The notes beneath the pieces were generated by a model. That model saw only the letters and a list, made by a program, of their open reading frames with translations. It was not told where the DNA came from and searched no databases. Position numbers and translations under genes: made by a program. Source: an uncultured cyanobacterium (GTDB lineage Bacteria > Cyanobacteriota > Cyanobacteriia > Leptolyngbyales > Leptolyngbyaceae). From it: DNA of 64,000 nt. The stretch spans positions 38,097 to 102,096 of the forward strand of contig CAVYAN010000049.1 in assembly GCA_963766075.1 (NCBI GenBank). The letters are read 5' to 3'. How positions within the stretch are numbered: position 1 is the stretch's first letter; every line of letters starts with the position of its first letter. This document shows, piece after piece, positions 1 through 13,435 of the stretch.

Positions 1-764
1 AGTATCAAAAAGGGTTTAGCCCCCTGGTGCCCGGTTTCTACTACGTTCCCTATAACGATATCGGGGCGCTGGAGCGAGCGCTGGACGAGCTGGACGGACG
101 AGATCGCCGGGTGGCAGCCATCATGCTGGAGCCGCTCCAAGGGGAAGGCGGGGTTAATCCCGGCAAGGTGGAGTACTTCCAACAGATTCGTCAGCTGTGT
201 GATCAAAAGGGAATTTTGCTCATCCTCGACGAGGTGCAAGTCGGCATGGGTCGCTCTGGCACCCTTTGGGGCCATGAGCAGTTAGGCATTGAACCGGATA
301 TTTTCACCTCGGCCAAGGGGTTAGGCGGCGGGGTGCCCATTGGCGCGCTGCTCTGCAAGTCCATTTGCGATATTTTTCAGCCCGGAGACCATGCCAGTAC
401 CTTCGGCGGCAATCCCTTTGTCTGTGGCGTGGCCCTAGAGGTCTGCCAAACCATTGAGCGCGATCGCCTGCTGGAGAATGTGAATGCGCGGGGAGAACAG
501 TTGCGGAGTGGACTGCGGGCGATCGCGGCTAAATATCCTGAAAAAATCGCCGATGTTCGAGGCTGGGGCTTAATCAACGGGCTAGAGATTAGGGCGGAGA
601 GTCCGTTAACCTCTCCCGATATTGTCAAATCAGCCATGGCTAGCGGCCTCTTACTGGTTCCCGCGGGTCCCAAGGTGGTGCGATTTGTACCACCGCTGAT
701 TGTCTCGGCTGCCGAGATTGATCAGGCGCTCGGGTGCGTAGAGCAGGCGTTTGCATTGCTGTAA
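1..764 (+). CDS. argD: Acetylornithine aminotransferase (class III PLP), 5'-truncated by the window edge
   Basis: Motifs EPLQGEGG, LILDEVQVGMGRSG, SAKGLGGG (PLP lysine), HASTFGGNP. Confidence 0.9.
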   Translation, partial: YQKGFSPLVPGFYYVPYNDIGALERALDELDGRDRRVAAIMLEPLQGEGGVNPGKVEYFQQIRQLCDQKGILLILDEVQVGMGRSGTLWGHEQLGIEPDIFTSAKGLGGGVPIGALLCKSICDIFQPGDHASTFGGNPFVCGVALEVCQTIERDRLLENVNARGEQLRSGLRAIAAKYPEKIADVRGWGLINGLEIRAESPLTSPDIVKSAMASGLLLVPAGPKVVRFVPPLIVSAAEIDQALGCVEQAFALL

Positions 765-894
765 TTGGCGCTATTCCTGAGCTTGCACCGCCCCTTTGCA
801 ACAGTCACTGACTAGCTGACCCGTCCAGGGAGCCAACTCGTCCCTGATCTGGGGGATGAGTTGTTGATCTGGGCGATCGATCGGGCGATCGCCC

Positions 895-1326
895 TTAGCC
901 ACACCGGGGCCGCAAGCCGTGGTGGCGATAGGCGAGGTAATCTCGGAGAATGCGATCGTGATCAAAGCACAGGCTTTGTGGGATTTCCCAGGGGGCAAAG
1001 ATCCCCACGGATTTGGCATCGTCGTCGGCTTGGGGGGTGCCCCAGGCAGTGGCCAGAAACACGATGCTGATGGTGTGCTGGCGCGGATCGCGATCGGGGG
1101 CGGAATAGACCTGGAACTGTTCAATTAAGCTCACGGTGAGCCCGACTTCTTCGAGGGCTTCCCGCTGGGCCGCAGTTTCTACGGATTCGCCATAGTCCAC
1201 GAAACCGCCGGGAATAGCCCAGCCGTGGGGCGGATTCAACCGCTCGATCAGCACGATGGGCCGATGGGGGCGATCGCCCAGTTCAATAATGATATCGACG
1301 GTCGGAGCAGGATTGCGATAGGTCAC
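895..1326 (-). CDS. NUDIX hydrolase (ADP-ribose pyrophosphatase-like)
   Basis: Nudix box [39 protein letters not shown]; start uncertain (GTG 1326 or ATG up to 1356). Confidence 0.9.
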   Translation of the reverse strand: MTYRNPAPTVDIIIELGDRPHRPIVLIERLNPPHGWAIPGGFVDYGESVETAAQREALEEVGLTVSLIEQFQVYSAPDRDPRQHTISIVFLATAWGTPQADDDAKSVGIFAPWEIPQSLCFDHDRILRDYLAYRHHGLRPRCG

Positions 1327-1440
1327 GGTGGCGGCCACGTACAACATGTTTATCATGCCCGGTTAGCGGCCCCGATGGGTGGGCAATCGCGCCGTTTTTT
1401 CAGATTATTCCTGGAGATTATTCTTGATTATTCCTTGAGA

Positions 1441-2909
1441 TTATTCTTTGGGATGTGCTTTGGGGTTGGCCTTGAGATTCACCTTGGCCCGCAGCTCTGC
1501 TTTGATGCGGCTCAGGATAGAGGCTTCGTCGAGGGATGCCAAAATCCGGGTCACCACGGCTTTGGGACCTTCTGGCCCCCAGGAGGCCCCATTGGCCAGA
1601 TAGGTTTTGGCCACTTGCCCGATCCCATAGGACGACACGCCCGCTACCCCCGCCTGGGTCACCGCCACAGACACATAGGCCCCCAGCGACAAGCCTCCCG
1701 TAGCCGGAACCGCCGTACCCAGCAGGAGCTTGAGGGAACTCAAGCCCAGGGTCGCGACCAATTCGCTCGCTGTAATCCCACCCATGGTCAAGGCAATTTT
1801 TTGGAGCAGCCCCAACGCCCCTTGCTGGGTCATAGCAATGCCGTAGAGCTTCGACAGGGCCAGGATCATCGCGATATCAATCACGGCGCTGCTGACCACA
1901 TCGACAATGGTGAGCGGATTCAGGGCGATCGCCACAGCCTTGGTCATCACGCCATTCCAGATCACCCGATTGGCACCCTGTTCGCGAATTTCCAGCTTGC
2001 GGGCTACCAGTTGTTCATGAATATCGTGCGTAAACAGCATGGTGTTCAGCGCCACCAGGGACTTGCCCTCGCGATGGAGCACCTCAAGAATTTTCAGCTT
2101 TAGGTCTTCGACTTGGGGCACCCCCGTGCTGAGCTTGGCCACCAGTCGCCCATCGGCTTGGCGCACGGCTTGAGCCACGAGCGGAGAGGCCGCTGCCATC
2201 ACAATTTCATCCGGCGATAAAATTTCTTTCACCCGCTCATCCCGAATTTTGTGGTACACCGCAAGGCGATCGGTGTCCGGATATTGATCAATTTTGTTAA
2301 ACACGAGAATGATTGGCTTGCTGGCATCCCGCAGCGCTGAAAGAGCCTGATACTCGACCTTGGTAATGTCCCCCGAGACCAAAAACAAAATCAGGTCGGC
2401 CTGTTGGGCGATCGCCCGAGCTAGCGCTTCCCGATCTTCACCATTCACTTCATCGATGCCGGGAGTGTCGATCAGCTCAATACTGGAGTTCCCCATACTG
2501 GGCAGGGCCACCCGCAGGAGGGGCGATCGCTGCCCTTGACAGCTTCCTGGCTCATGCGCCATTGGGCGGTTTGGCACTGTTGCGTTACCCCATGGATCGG
2601 GCCCGTTTCAAACACGGTCTCGCCCAGGAGCGCATTCAGCAACGAGGATTTACCGCGCCCTACCATACCAAAGACGGCAATGTGAACCACTTGGCGATCA
2701 AGCTTGTCCAACATGGAGGTCAATCCGCCAATTTCGGGTTCCAAGCCGCGCCGTTCTGTCGCAGTCAAATCCAGTTTGCCAATCAAATCGCGCAGCACGG
2801 TTTGGGCTTGCCGATAGTTGAGTTCCGCTTTGATATCGTCAAAACTCAAGATCGCATCGTCTAATTCCTGCTGGAATTCAGGCGGAGTTGGGGATGAAGG
2901 AGAGGACAT
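1441..2909 (-). CDS. Era-like GTP-binding protein with DUF697-type C-terminus; one frameshift near 2525
   Basis: G1 GMVGRGKSS in ORF 2472-2948; G3 DTPG and G4 NKID in ORF 1441-2577; the two frames join. Confidence 0.85.
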
Positions 2910-3178
2910 GGGAAGACTCTTGTTGCACAGTGAATGCCACGGACGCATGACCGGGCTGACCTACTGATCTGGATGATAGCGGTTTCGCTGAGCAACGACA
3001 GCCCAGCTCAAACGCAACCACACGCCCTAAACGGCCACCCCAACAACAAACGGCCATCCAACAACGCGTTTCACCTTGCCCCGACGATGCCCCCGACAAT
3101 AACCCCGGCAGTGAGGGCGTTGCTAACCCTTGGCGCGCCTGAGCGCGCCTACCCCCACTCCCACCAAAGCCGAAACGC

Positions 3179-5051
3179 TCAGGCGGGCACTTCAATTTTT
3201 TGGCTGCCCGCTAGGCCAAAGGCCGCATGAACCACCTGTAGGGCTTTTACGCCATCGTCCTCCGCCACAACGCAACTGACTTTGATTTCCGATGTGGCAA
3301 TCATTTGAATATTGATTTGAGCTTGAGCCAGGGACTGAACAACTGGGCTGCCACACCCGGGAACCCCACCATGTGGGCACCGACAATACTGACCTTGGCG
3401 ATCGCCCGGTCCACCACAATTTCCCCACAGCCCAGATCCGCCGCCAGCAAGGCCGATTGGGCGGTTTCCGCGTCAGCCCGCGCCACCGTAAACGCAATAT
3501 CCCGCGTCGGCAGACCCTCCACCACCCGACAGCGCTGGGATTGAATAATCATGTCCACACTCACCCCAGCCTGGGCCAGGATTTGGAAAATCTGAGCCGC
3601 CATGCCAGGGCGATCCGGCACCTGGCGAATGGCAAGCCGTGCCTGTCCCGATCCAGAGCGACCCCGCGCACCGGGCCCCAACTTCCCGCCGTTTCGGGAT
3701 GTCCAGGGGCCTCAACGCCACTCTTCATCGGCGAATTGGACACCGCAAAGGAGTCACATAACACGGCGATCGCCCGATCGCAATCCGCCGCATCAACCAC
3801 ACAACTGACCTTAATCTCGGAGGTCGAAATCATCTGAATATTCACACCCGCCGCCGCCAGCGTCGTGAACATTTGGGCCGCCACCCCAGGCCGACCAATC
3901 ATCCCGGCTCCCGCAATCGCCACCTTGGCAATCTGCTGTTTCACCATGACCTCCGGCGTGCCACCCCGCAAATCCGCCGCCGTAATCGGCGCTGAGCGAT
4001 CCGGTGCCGCACGATCCAGGGCGCTCAGCGAGGAAGCGCACAGCGCTGGCACAATCGCACTGGCAACCGCCGTGGCACGGCTCAGGGAATCCTGGGTAAC
4101 CGTGAAGGCAATATCATTGGTGTTGCCCTCGTGAATCGATTGAATGATCAGATCCACATCCAAGGACTGACGGGCAATTTCGCCAAACAGTTTTGCCGCC
4201 ACACCGGGGCGATCGGGCACCCGCAGCAGCGACACCTTAGCCTGATCCAGATCAAATTCCACACTATCTACTGGCAGCGCCAGTTCCAAGCCCTCCAAGG
4301 GTCGGGGTTTAGGCTGAGGCGACGTCACCCAGGTGCCCGGTTCCTGACTCCAGCTCGATCGCACCACCAAGGGCATGCCATAGTTACGGGCAATTTCCAC
4401 CGCCCGCGGATGCAGCACCTTGGCCCCCAAACTGGCCAACTCCAGCATTTCATCACAGGTGATCTCCGTCATCAACTGGGCTTCCGGCACCAGGCGCGGA
4501 TCCGTGGTCAAAATTCCGGGCACGTCTGTATAAATCTCACAGAAATCCGCCTGCAAGGCCGCCGCCAAAGCCACCGCTGATGTATCCGACCCCCCCCGGC
4601 CCAGGGTAGTAATTTCCAGATCATCCAAGTTGCTAATGCCCTGGAATCCCGCCACCACGACCACCTTCCCTTCCTGCAAGTGGCGCTCTAGGCGATCGGT
4701 TTCAATTCGTAGAATGCGGGCACGGGTATGCTCAGCCTCTGTCACAATCCCCACCTGGGCTCCCGTAAGAGAAATTGCGGGCTGCCCTAGTTCCTGAAGG
4801 GCCATGCTCAGAAGCGCAATAGTCACTTGTTCGCCGGTGGACAGCAGCATATCCATTTCCCGCCGACTGGGGTTAGGGGAAATATCACTGGCTAGCTTGA
4901 CCAAGCCATCGGTGGTTTTGCCCATGGCCGAAACGACCACCACCACGGAATTTCCGGCTTGGGCGGTAGTCAGGACCCGCTGGGCCACTGCCTGAATTCG
5001 TTCCACCGTACCCACCGACGTGCCGCCATATTTCTGAACGATTAGCGCCAT
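3179..5051 (-). CDS. lysC: Aspartate kinase (cyanobacterial long form with multiple ACT domains); apparent frameshifts near 3645 and 3332
   Basis: [26 protein letters not shown], repeated ACT motifs ([15 protein letters not shown]) spread over three frames, ending ...KIEVPA* at 3179. Confidence 0.93.
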
Positions 5052-5263
5052 AGCTCCGCTTACCCAGTCGATCGCAGTTGACAATTACAGTTGACATTAA
5101 TCATGCCGTAATTTGTCCCGATTTGGCTGATTTTTGGGCGATCGCCCCCACCCAAACCGCCCCCGCCATCAATCCAGCCCCGCTGGGATGGCGTGCGGAT
5201 GCGCTCCCCCATATTCGCCATTACAATCGGCAAAGGGATCACCACTCAAGAGACACTGCCTGT

Positions 5264-6076
5264 ATGTGCCAACTGCTGGGGATGAACTGCAATGTACCCA
5301 CGGATATTTGCTTTTCCTTTGAGGGGTTTTGTGCGCGTGGGGGCAAAACCGACGAACATCGCGATGGCTGGGGGATTGCGTTTTTTGAGGAGCGCGGCTG
5401 TCGCCTCTTCCTAGATGACAAGCCATCCATTGCTTCGCCCATTGCCGAACTGGTCCGTCGCTATCCGCTGAAATCCTGTAACGTAATTGCCCATATTCGC
5501 AAAGCCACCTTTGGCGCGGTCCGCCTGGAAAATTGCCATCCGTTTCAGCGGGAGATGTGGGGGCGCTACTGGCTCTTTGCCCACAATGGCGACTTGCCAA
5601 ACTTTCACTATGATAGCCAGGGCTACTATCGCCCGGTAGGCACCACGGATAGCGAGCAGGCATTTTGCTGCATCCTAGAAACCCTGCGGCAACGATTTCC
5701 CCAGGGCAAGCCATCCTTGGCAGAGCTTTATCCGGTTCTGCAAGCGGTGACCCAGGACATTGCCCAATTTGGCATCTTTAATTACCTGTTTTCTGATGGA
5801 GAGCATTTATTCGTCCACTGCTCCACCAAGCTGAGCTATATCGTTCGCCAAGCCCCCTTCGCCGCCGCTCATTTAATTGATGAGGACGTCACCGTAGATT
5901 TTCAAGAGCTAACCGGGGACAGCGATCGCGTAGCCGTGATTGCGACTGTCCCGCTAACGGATAATGAGGAATGGACCGCGATCGCCCCGGGCGAACTGCT
6001 GGTGTTTCAGGATGGCATGCCCCACGCCCCAGAGACTCTGCTGGGAGCACAGACCAGGGGCGGGAGCGATTCCTAG
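5264..6076 (+). CDS. Class II glutamine amidotransferase (YafJ-like)
   Basis: N-terminal MCQLLGM (Cys2 nucleophile), DGWG, AHIRKAT, NCHPF, HNG, GTTDSE. Confidence 0.9.
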   Translation: MCQLLGMNCNVPTDICFSFEGFCARGGKTDEHRDGWGIAFFEERGCRLFLDDKPSIASPIAELVRRYPLKSCNVIAHIRKATFGAVRLENCHPFQREMWGRYWLFAHNGDLPNFHYDSQGYYRPVGTTDSEQAFCCILETLRQRFPQGKPSLAELYPVLQAVTQDIAQFGIFNYLFSDGEHLFVHCSTKLSYIVRQAPFAAAHLIDEDVTVDFQELTGDSDRVAVIATVPLTDNEEWTAIAPGELLVFQDGMPHAPETLLGAQTRGGSDS

Positions 6077-6114
6077 AATTCCTAGAATTCCTAAATGATC
6101 TGGCCTGAGAACTT

Positions 6115-6705
6115 TTACGCCGCCGCGACGGGCGTTTTTTGAATCACCTGGTCAATCAAACCATAGGCTCTGGATTCTTCTGCTGACATAAAGAAGTCAC
6201 GCTCGGTATCTTCAACAATCTTGTCAAAGGGTTGCCCGGTGTGCTCCGCCAAAATTTCATTTAGGCGTTGCTTGTGGTACAGAATTTCCTTAGCTTGGAT
6301 TTCAATATCGACTGCCTGCCCCTGAGCCCCGCCCAGCGGTTGGTGAATCATGATCCGGGAGTGCGGTAAACTCATGCGCTTGCCCTTAGTACCAGAACTC
6401 AGCAGGAATGCACCCATGCTGGCCGCCAATCCTACGCAAATCGTCGAAACCTGGGGACGAATGTGCTTGATCGTGTCGTAAATGCCCATGCCCGCCGTCA
6501 CCGAGCCACCCGGAGAATTGATATAGAGATAAATATCTTTCTCAGAATCTTCCGCATCGAGGAACAGCAACTGCGCCACGATCAGGTTGGCCACATCTGA
6601 ATCGATCGCCTGTCCCAAAAAGACGATGCGCTCCCGCAATAGGCGCGAATAAATATCAAAGGCACGTTCGCCCCGACCAGACTGTTCAATTACGGTAGGA
6701 ATCAT
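6115..6705 (-). CDS. clpP: ATP-dependent Clp protease proteolytic subunit
   Basis: [46 protein letters not shown]. Confidence 0.97.
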   Translation of the reverse strand: MIPTVIEQSGRGERAFDIYSRLLRERIVFLGQAIDSDVANLIVAQLLFLDAEDSEKDIYLYINSPGGSVTAGMGIYDTIKHIRPQVSTICVGLAASMGAFLLSSGTKGKRMSLPHSRIMIHQPLGGAQGQAVDIEIQAKEILYHKQRLNEILAEHTGQPFDKIVEDTERDFFMSAEESRAYGLIDQVIQKTPVAAA

Positions 6706-6903
6706 GGAGTCGCCCAAAAATCAGAGAGTCCCCCTATTCTACCGTGGCAACTGCCTGCCCAACCCCCAAACCAGGTTGGGCAAACCGAACTCCGGATTTA
6801 GGGTTACATTAATGAGGGTTTGGACAGGGGACGGGGAATCAATCCGGCGTCATCGGTCCAGGTCTGCTCTCCTAAAAACTATTCACTTTTCTTCACTCTG
6901 ACG

Positions 6904-9900
6904 ATGACACAGCCCACGGAGCCAGGAAAAGAACCGCAGTCCAATCCTCAGCCCCAGGGGGAAACCCAGGGAGGGAACGCTCTGGGGGAGTTCTTGCCAA
7001 ACTGGGGCGGACGGCGACTGCGAAAAGTAGTTCTGCCCGCGGGCGGAGTACTGCTGGCGGGCACCGTGGGCGGGCTGTGGTGGGGAACCCACTGGATCAA
7101 GCACAATCTCGCGCCTTTGGTGGCCGAAAACCTCAGCCGCAGCTTGGAGCGTCCCGTGAATCTGGGACCGTTAGAACGCTTTAGTCTAACCGGCCTTCGG
7201 TTCGGGCGCTCGGCGATTCCCCCCACGCCCACGGATCCCGATCAGGTCAGCCTGGACGCGGTCGAAGTCAGCTTTGACCCAATCAAAATTCTCACGACAC
7301 GGGATCTGAATCTAGATGTCACCTTGGTTAAACCCAAGCTGCGCCTTGAGCAAGATGCCCAAGGATTGTGGATAACGACCAAAATTGAGGAAAAAAAAGA
7401 AGACGGTCCGGTAAAGATCGTCCTGAAAAGCCTGCGGTTTCAGGATGCGGACATTTCCCTCGTCCCTACGCGCAAGGTGGGCAAAGGATTGGCATCAGCG
7501 ATCGCCCTGGCTCACGCCAACGGGCGCGTTGACTTTGGGGACCGCAACCAACGGTTCACCTATCAACTCCAAGGGCAGGCATCCACGGGCGGGCAGCTCG
7601 ATTTGTCTGGAGAAACCCAGGCCAAGCCTCTGCAAACCACGCTCCGGATTAAGGCCCAGGATATGGCCGTGGCCGAATATCGATCGCCTGCTCAAACTGC
7701 CCATCAACCTACCGGCGGGTCGAGCCGATGGCAATCTGGAGATCACCATTCTGCCGAATCAAACCCAGCCCAATTTGATGGGAACCGCCACCGTGCGCCA
7801 GGTCACCCTGGAAATTCCCCGCGCCCCCACCCCCCTGACCCAAATTGCCGGTAACTTACGGTTCAACGGCTCCGAAATCCGTCTGGATCAGGTCAAGGCG
7901 CGCTACGGTACGGTGCCCTTCCAGGCCATGGGCAGCCTCGATACCCGGACTGGTTTCAACCTGAAGGCCCAGGTTCCTGCTGTGGACCTCAGCGCCGTGG
8001 TGAAAACCCTCAACCTGACGCTGCCCTTTGCCGCAACGGGGAAAGTCGTTGCCGATCTCAACCTGACCGGAGCCTTGACCCAGCCCCGCTTGACGGGGAC
8101 CGCCCGTACCACCAAGGTCAGCACACTGGATCGGGTCGCCCTCAGCCGCGTCAGCACCCAGTTTGAGTTTGATCCCCAGGCCATGCTTGTGCGTTTTCCC
8201 CGCATTGCAGCGACCCCTGCCGCTGGGGGGAAAGTGATTGGTTCAGGGCCAGGTGCAACTGGGTACGGGGCAACCCGACGCAGTGCCCCAACTGGCATTT
8301 AATTTCCAGGCCGCAGAGGTTTCAGGCGATGCGATCGCCCCCGCCTACAACGACGGCAATCCCTTGCCGATCACCCTGGGGCGGATGAGTGCCCAAGTGC
8401 AAATCACGGGCTCCGCGGCCAACCCCCAAACCCTGGTGCGCTGGCAAGCCCCCGCGGCCACCTATGCCGGAGCCGGGGAAATTCTGATCGCGGGGGGACG
8501 CACCACCCTCCGCACCACCCAGTTGAACGTCGCAGGCGGGACCGTCAACGTCGCTGGCCAAGCCTTCCAGGGCAAATGGCAGGGCACCGCGGTGGCCCAA
8601 AAAATTCCCCTCAAGGCTTTTTCGGCGGATTTGCGGGGTAATTTCAATGGCCAGTTTAATCTGGCAGGCACCCTAGACTCCTTCCGACCCGCCGATATTC
8701 GCGCCCAGGGAGAAGCAACCTTTTCCGAGGGGCTATCGGTCATTCGCCAGCCCATGACGGCTCAGGTGCAGTGGGATGGCCAAAAACTTGCCGTCCAGCG
8801 GGCCACGGCTCCTGGATTTAGCGCCACTGGCGCGGTGTTTGCCAAACTGGAAGGGGCGGGTGCCCCGGCAATCACGGGTCTAGACCTGAATGTGAATGCT
8901 ACGAATTTGAGTTTGCAGGATTTGGCGATTCCTACACCCAGCACTATCCAACTGGCCGGACGCACAGATTTTACCGGGCGGATCACCGGCAGTGCGGCGG
9001 CTCCTCGGGTCACAGGGAATGTGAACCTGCGGGATTTGATGGTGAATGGAACGGCCTTTGAGAAGCAGATGCAGGGCACGGTGACGGTGGCTCAGGGGGT
9101 GGATATCAAACTGGCAGGAGTGCGCGATCGCATCGCCCTCACCCTGAATGCCAACAATCAAGTCACGGCCTTTGACGTGCGCCAGGGGAATGCGATCGCC
9201 AAAGGCACGGGCCAAGGCGATCTGCTCAACATTCAGGCCCAAAACTTGCCCTTGGCCCTGCTGCTGCCCCGCAGTACCGCCGCCCTGCTCAGCCTCGGCG
9301 GCGAACTCAACGGGACTTTGGCTGTTAATGTTGCAACACTGGCCGTCGCAGGGCAAGTCGATGTCAAAAATCCAGAGGTCAACGGGTTTCGGGCCAATCA
9401 GTTTGGTGGCCGCATCAGCTTTGCCAACGGCGTCGCGACCCTCACGGAAACCGCCCTGACGCGCGGCAAAACAACCCTGCAACTCAGCGGCAGCGCCAAT
9501 GTTCTGAGTGCCGATCCCCAGATCAAAGGCCAAGTCAAAGTCGTCCAGGGCCGACTCCAGGATGTGCTGCAATTGGCCCAACTGTTCGATCTGGAAGACC
9601 TGACCCCATTCAAACGCCCGATCACCCGTTCTGCGGCAGATTTAACGACGGTCCCGGTTGCGCTGGCCAATGCGTCTATTTTCAATCGGCTGCGGCGGCT
9701 CTCGGAGGTGCAAGCCTTCTTCGCCCAACGAGACCAGGAGCGTCAAGAGGCACTACTCCCCGACTTGCGAGATTTACAGGGCGACTTCAGCGTTGATGTG
9801 AGCGTGGCCGGATCCCTGAAATCCGGGCTAGATCTCGCCTTCAAACTGGATGGAACCGACTGGAAATGGGGTGGCTATCCCGCCGTCAACCGAGTGATTG

Positions 9901-11735
9901 CCGAGGGCACCTCAACCAAAGGCGTGGTGTCTCTGGTGCCCCTGCGGTTACAGACGGGGGATGCCTTTGTCGCGTTTTCGGGACAGTTGGGGGGCGAAAA
10001 GCAGTCCGGACAGTTCCGGATGGAAAACGTGCCCCTCGCCGAACTGACCAGTTTGACGGAACGGGTGCTGAAGCGTCCGCTGCCATTAAACATGGACGGC
10101 AAACTCACCGCAACGGCCACGCTGTCGGGAAACCTGGATAATCCCCAAGCGATCGGCGACCTCTCCCTCCGCGAAGGCACCCTCAACGGCAATCCCGTGC
10201 AACAGGCCCAAGGGAGTTTCAGCTATGCCAACGCCCGGTTCGGATTTGGCACGAATGTCGCCATTACCGGGCAGGAACCGCTGACGATCGCCGGCAGCAT
10301 CCCTGCGCCTTTGCCGTTTACCAATCCCCCGACGGATGAAAGGTTGGATGTGACGATTAAGGTCAAAAATGACGGCTTAGCCCTGCTCAATTTGCTGACT
10401 AACAACTTAGTGGTGTGGGAAAACGGCAAGGGGCAAGTCGATTTGAAGGTCAGTGGCAAGGCCGATCAGCCGATTGTGGAAGGCCGCATTGACATTGCCG
10501 ATGCCACGATTCAAGCGCGGGCCATCCCCGGTAAATTGACCGGCGTCACCGGGAACCTCAAGTTTGACGCGGACCGTCTGCTGATTCGCGATCAGCTCAC
10601 GGCCCAGTTTAGCCAGGGGGAAGTGGTGGTCAGCGGTGGAATTCCCATCTTTTCTCCGGTGCCCGCAAACCCGCAGGATCCCACGAGCTTCCTGCAAGTG
10701 AACCTCAATAAAATTGCCCTCCGCCTCAAAGGCATTTACCAAGGTGGTGTGGGGGGCAATATTCAGGTGATGGGGACGGCCTTGGCACCGGTGATTGGCG
10801 GTGAAATTCGCTTGCAGGACGGGCAGGTGTTGCTGGCGGATCAACCGGAAACTCCGACGGCGGAAGATTTGCAAAATCAGTCCCCGGTGCAATTTCAAAA
10901 CTTGGCCCTGCGGCTGGGCGATCGCGTGCGGGTCACCCGACAGCCCATCCTGAATTTCCTGGCCTCCGGCGACTTAACCATCAACGGGAGTCTCAGTGAT
11001 CTGCAACCCCAGGGCACCATTCGCCTCAATGCGGGCCAAGTCAACCTATTTACAACCCAGTTCAACCTGCTGCGGGGCTATCCCCAAACCGCCGAATTCG
11101 TTGCCAGTCAAGGACTTGACCCCAATCTTGACATTCGCCTGATTGCCTCCCTGCCGGAAACGACCGGCGGCAGGCTTCCCAACAGCACCCTGTCCTCCGA
11201 AATTTCGGATTCCCTCACCCCCACCACTCGGTTTGGCGGGGTGCAAACCGTCCGGGTCCAAGCCCGCGCCCAGGGGCCAGCCAGCCAATTGTTCGACAAC
11301 CTGGAACTGACCAGTAGTCCGGCTCGCAACCGGGCCGAAATTCTGGCCTTGCTGGGCGGTGGCTTTGTGGCCACGCTGGGACGGGGCGACAGTACGTTAG
11401 GCATTGCCAACCTGGCGGGTTCGGCCTTGCTGACGAATATCCAAACGGTGATTGGCAATGCCCTGGGCTTAAGTGAATTCCGCCTCTTTCCGACTCTGAC
11501 CCAGGAAACTAGTAGTCGCGGATCGCGGGGTAGCGCGTCGAGCTTGGGCTTGGCGGCAGAAGCGGCGATCGATATTACCCCCACTATTTCACTGTCCGCG
11601 TTAAAGATCCTCACCTCTGATGACCCGACCCAATTTGGGCTGCGCTATCGGCTAAACGAGAACTTTTTGGTGCGCAGTTCCAGTGATTTTTCTGGGGATA
11701 GCCGCGCTGTGGTGGAATACGAAGCCCGCTTTTAA
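6904..11735 (+). CDS. tamB: Translocation/assembly module TamB (DUF490)-family protein; frameshifts near 7680 and 8238
   Basis: N-terminal TM anchor, long Gly-rich beta-repeat body, C-terminal DPNLDIRL...VVEYEARF; continuous across three ORFs. Confidence 0.85.
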
Positions 11736-11741
11736 TGGATT

Positions 11742-11981
11742 AGGCTTTCCCAGGCCATCATCATGCCAAGCCAGCGGCTCCCTTGTCGCAGAATTTACCC
11801 GCCCCTAACCCCTCCCAGCAGATGACCCACCCCTAACCCCTCCGAGGAGGGGAATTGGTCCGAAAATCCCCTCCTCGGAGGGGTGCCCGTAGGGCGGGGT
11901 GGGTCAAACTCTGCCCGCTCAGACCACCCAGTGCGATCGCTGAGTCATTACGTGGGATGTTCAGTTTTTTGGAAGTCCCTA
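11742..11981. mobile_element. MITE-like element copy 1 (left end degenerate)
   Basis: About 11824-11980 closely matches 13474-13630, including the CCCCTCC..GGAGGGG palindromes and the right end TTGGAAGTCCCT. Confidence 0.75.
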
Positions 11982-12062
11982 AGTAGGCAAGCCCGTGCAA
12001 TCGATTGACCTAACCCCCTCGCCTCTGTGGTTAATCTGTTGGATCATTAATGGCTGGGCGGT

Positions 12063-12545
12063 TTAGGAGACGAGGGCTTTGCCGTTGCCGTTGCCGTTGC
12101 CGTTGACAAATGCCGGGGCGTTGCCGTTGGCGAATGCGGGGGCGGGGCTGTCGGGGGTGGTTGGGCGGAGGCTGGGGCCAATGGCGGCGGGCTGCTGACG
12201 GGTTGACTTCTGGGTGGAACGCCGCCGCTCGCTTCTGGGGGTGCCGCCCGCCTTGCCGTATTCGCTGCTGTTGGTGCCGTATTTGGCGGCTACGCCCAAG
12301 AGCATGTGTTCGGAGCGATCGCGGACGCGCTGTTCGGTCTGTTTGATTTGGCGGGCTAGGGCGTCGAGGTCGGAGAGGGCGCGGTTGTAGTTGGCGATTT
12401 GGGCGCGGAGGGTTTGGATGTCGGCGGAGTAGAGGGCGAGGGTGAGGTCGTTGCCGAGATCGAGGGTGGGGCTGATCGCGTGCAAACCGGCTTCGCGTTT
12501 TTCGGCTTTTTGCAGGACGGCAGAGGATCGTTTGGGACGGGCCAT
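12063..12545 (-). CDS. Conserved hypothetical helical protein (MARxKRxSxxLxKAExRxAGL-type family) with low-complexity NG-repeat tail
   Basis: 160-aa ORF, amphipathic helices, KYGxNSSEYxKAGG motif; resembles a recurrent uncharacterised cyanobacterial family (from memory). Confidence 0.75.
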   Translation of the reverse strand: MARPKRSSAVLQKAEKREAGLHAISPTLDLGNDLTLALYSADIQTLRAQIANYNRALSDLDALARQIKQTEQRVRDRSEHMLLGVAAKYGTNSSEYGKAGGTPRSERRRSTQKSTRQQPAAIGPSLRPTTPDSPAPAFANGNAPAFVNGNGNGNGKALVS

Positions 12546-12845
12546 GGGAGTTGCTCCTGGGTTCAATTCAATGTGGATTAAAGTCAATGGCGGGGGTGTC
12601 ATTGCCGTCGCGATATTTTGGGGCCATCAGCGCTAATTTCTCGGCTGATGGCATTCGCCGCCATTACCTTTGCACTGTATCGATTCGGCGGGACTGGCAA
12701 CCTGAGGGAAATTGGGGAACATCAGCGGGGCGGCGGACTGCCAGCGCCCTGGTTTTTGGGTGAATATGCCCTTTGCGATCGCCGATCGACTCCGCTATTC
12801 CGGGGCCAATCGGCGACGACGGCGGGGCGAATTTAGGCAAATTAA

Positions 12846-13265
12846 TCTGATTCTGTGATCAACGTAAGATTTTGTTATTGATGCGCCGATGTTTCTGGGA
12901 ATGCGGGCGATCGCACTGAGGTTGATCCCGCCATTTCTAAGAAACACTCATGTCGTTCTGTGATCAACGTAAGTTTTTGTTATTGATGCGCCGATGTTTC
13001 TGACTTGCACTGATGTTTTTCTGAGATCAGTATAGGAATTTGTTATTAATGCGCCGATGTTTGTGAGTTTGATCGCGATGTTTGTGAGTTTGATCGCGAT
13101 ATTTGTGTGTGCGATCGCGATGCTTCTGGGTTTGATCGCGATGTTTGGAAGTTTGATCGCGATATTTGTGAGTTTGCTCGCGTACTTTCTGGGTGACGTG
13201 CGGATGATCTTTGGGATGAGGGCGATCGCCATAAGAAGGAGCGCGATGTGGGTTTGGGATGGTGC
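12846..13265. repeat. Degenerate 21-bp-periodic tandem repeat tract (about 20 units)
   Basis: Units such as GATGTTTGTGAGTTTGATCGC at 13056, 13077, 13098, 13119, 13140, 13161; 47-bp direct repeat at 12851 and 12956 (105 bp = 5x21). Confidence 0.85.
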
Positions 13266-13435
13266 GATTGTCCAGCCGAGGATTGGCGATCGCGGCATGA
13301 CCGAATTAAGCCCGCGAATCAATGATGCCGGTGGCGAATTAGAAAAAGAAAAATGAAAGCGTGATTTGAGCGCGATCGGCGATCGCATCATCCGCACCGG
13401 AATGAAATTCGGTGCTCTCAGGGCAAAGTCAGTTA

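Noticed and set aside
1225..2103. Long antisense ORFs (also 14530-15645, 39690-40490, 45256-46167, 8880-9581)
   Set aside because: They are shadow frames opposite well-supported genes in GC-rich DNA and carry no recognisable motifs.
12846..13265. CRISPR array
   Set aside because: The units are contiguous degenerate 21-mers with no unique spacers, and there are no cas genes in the window.
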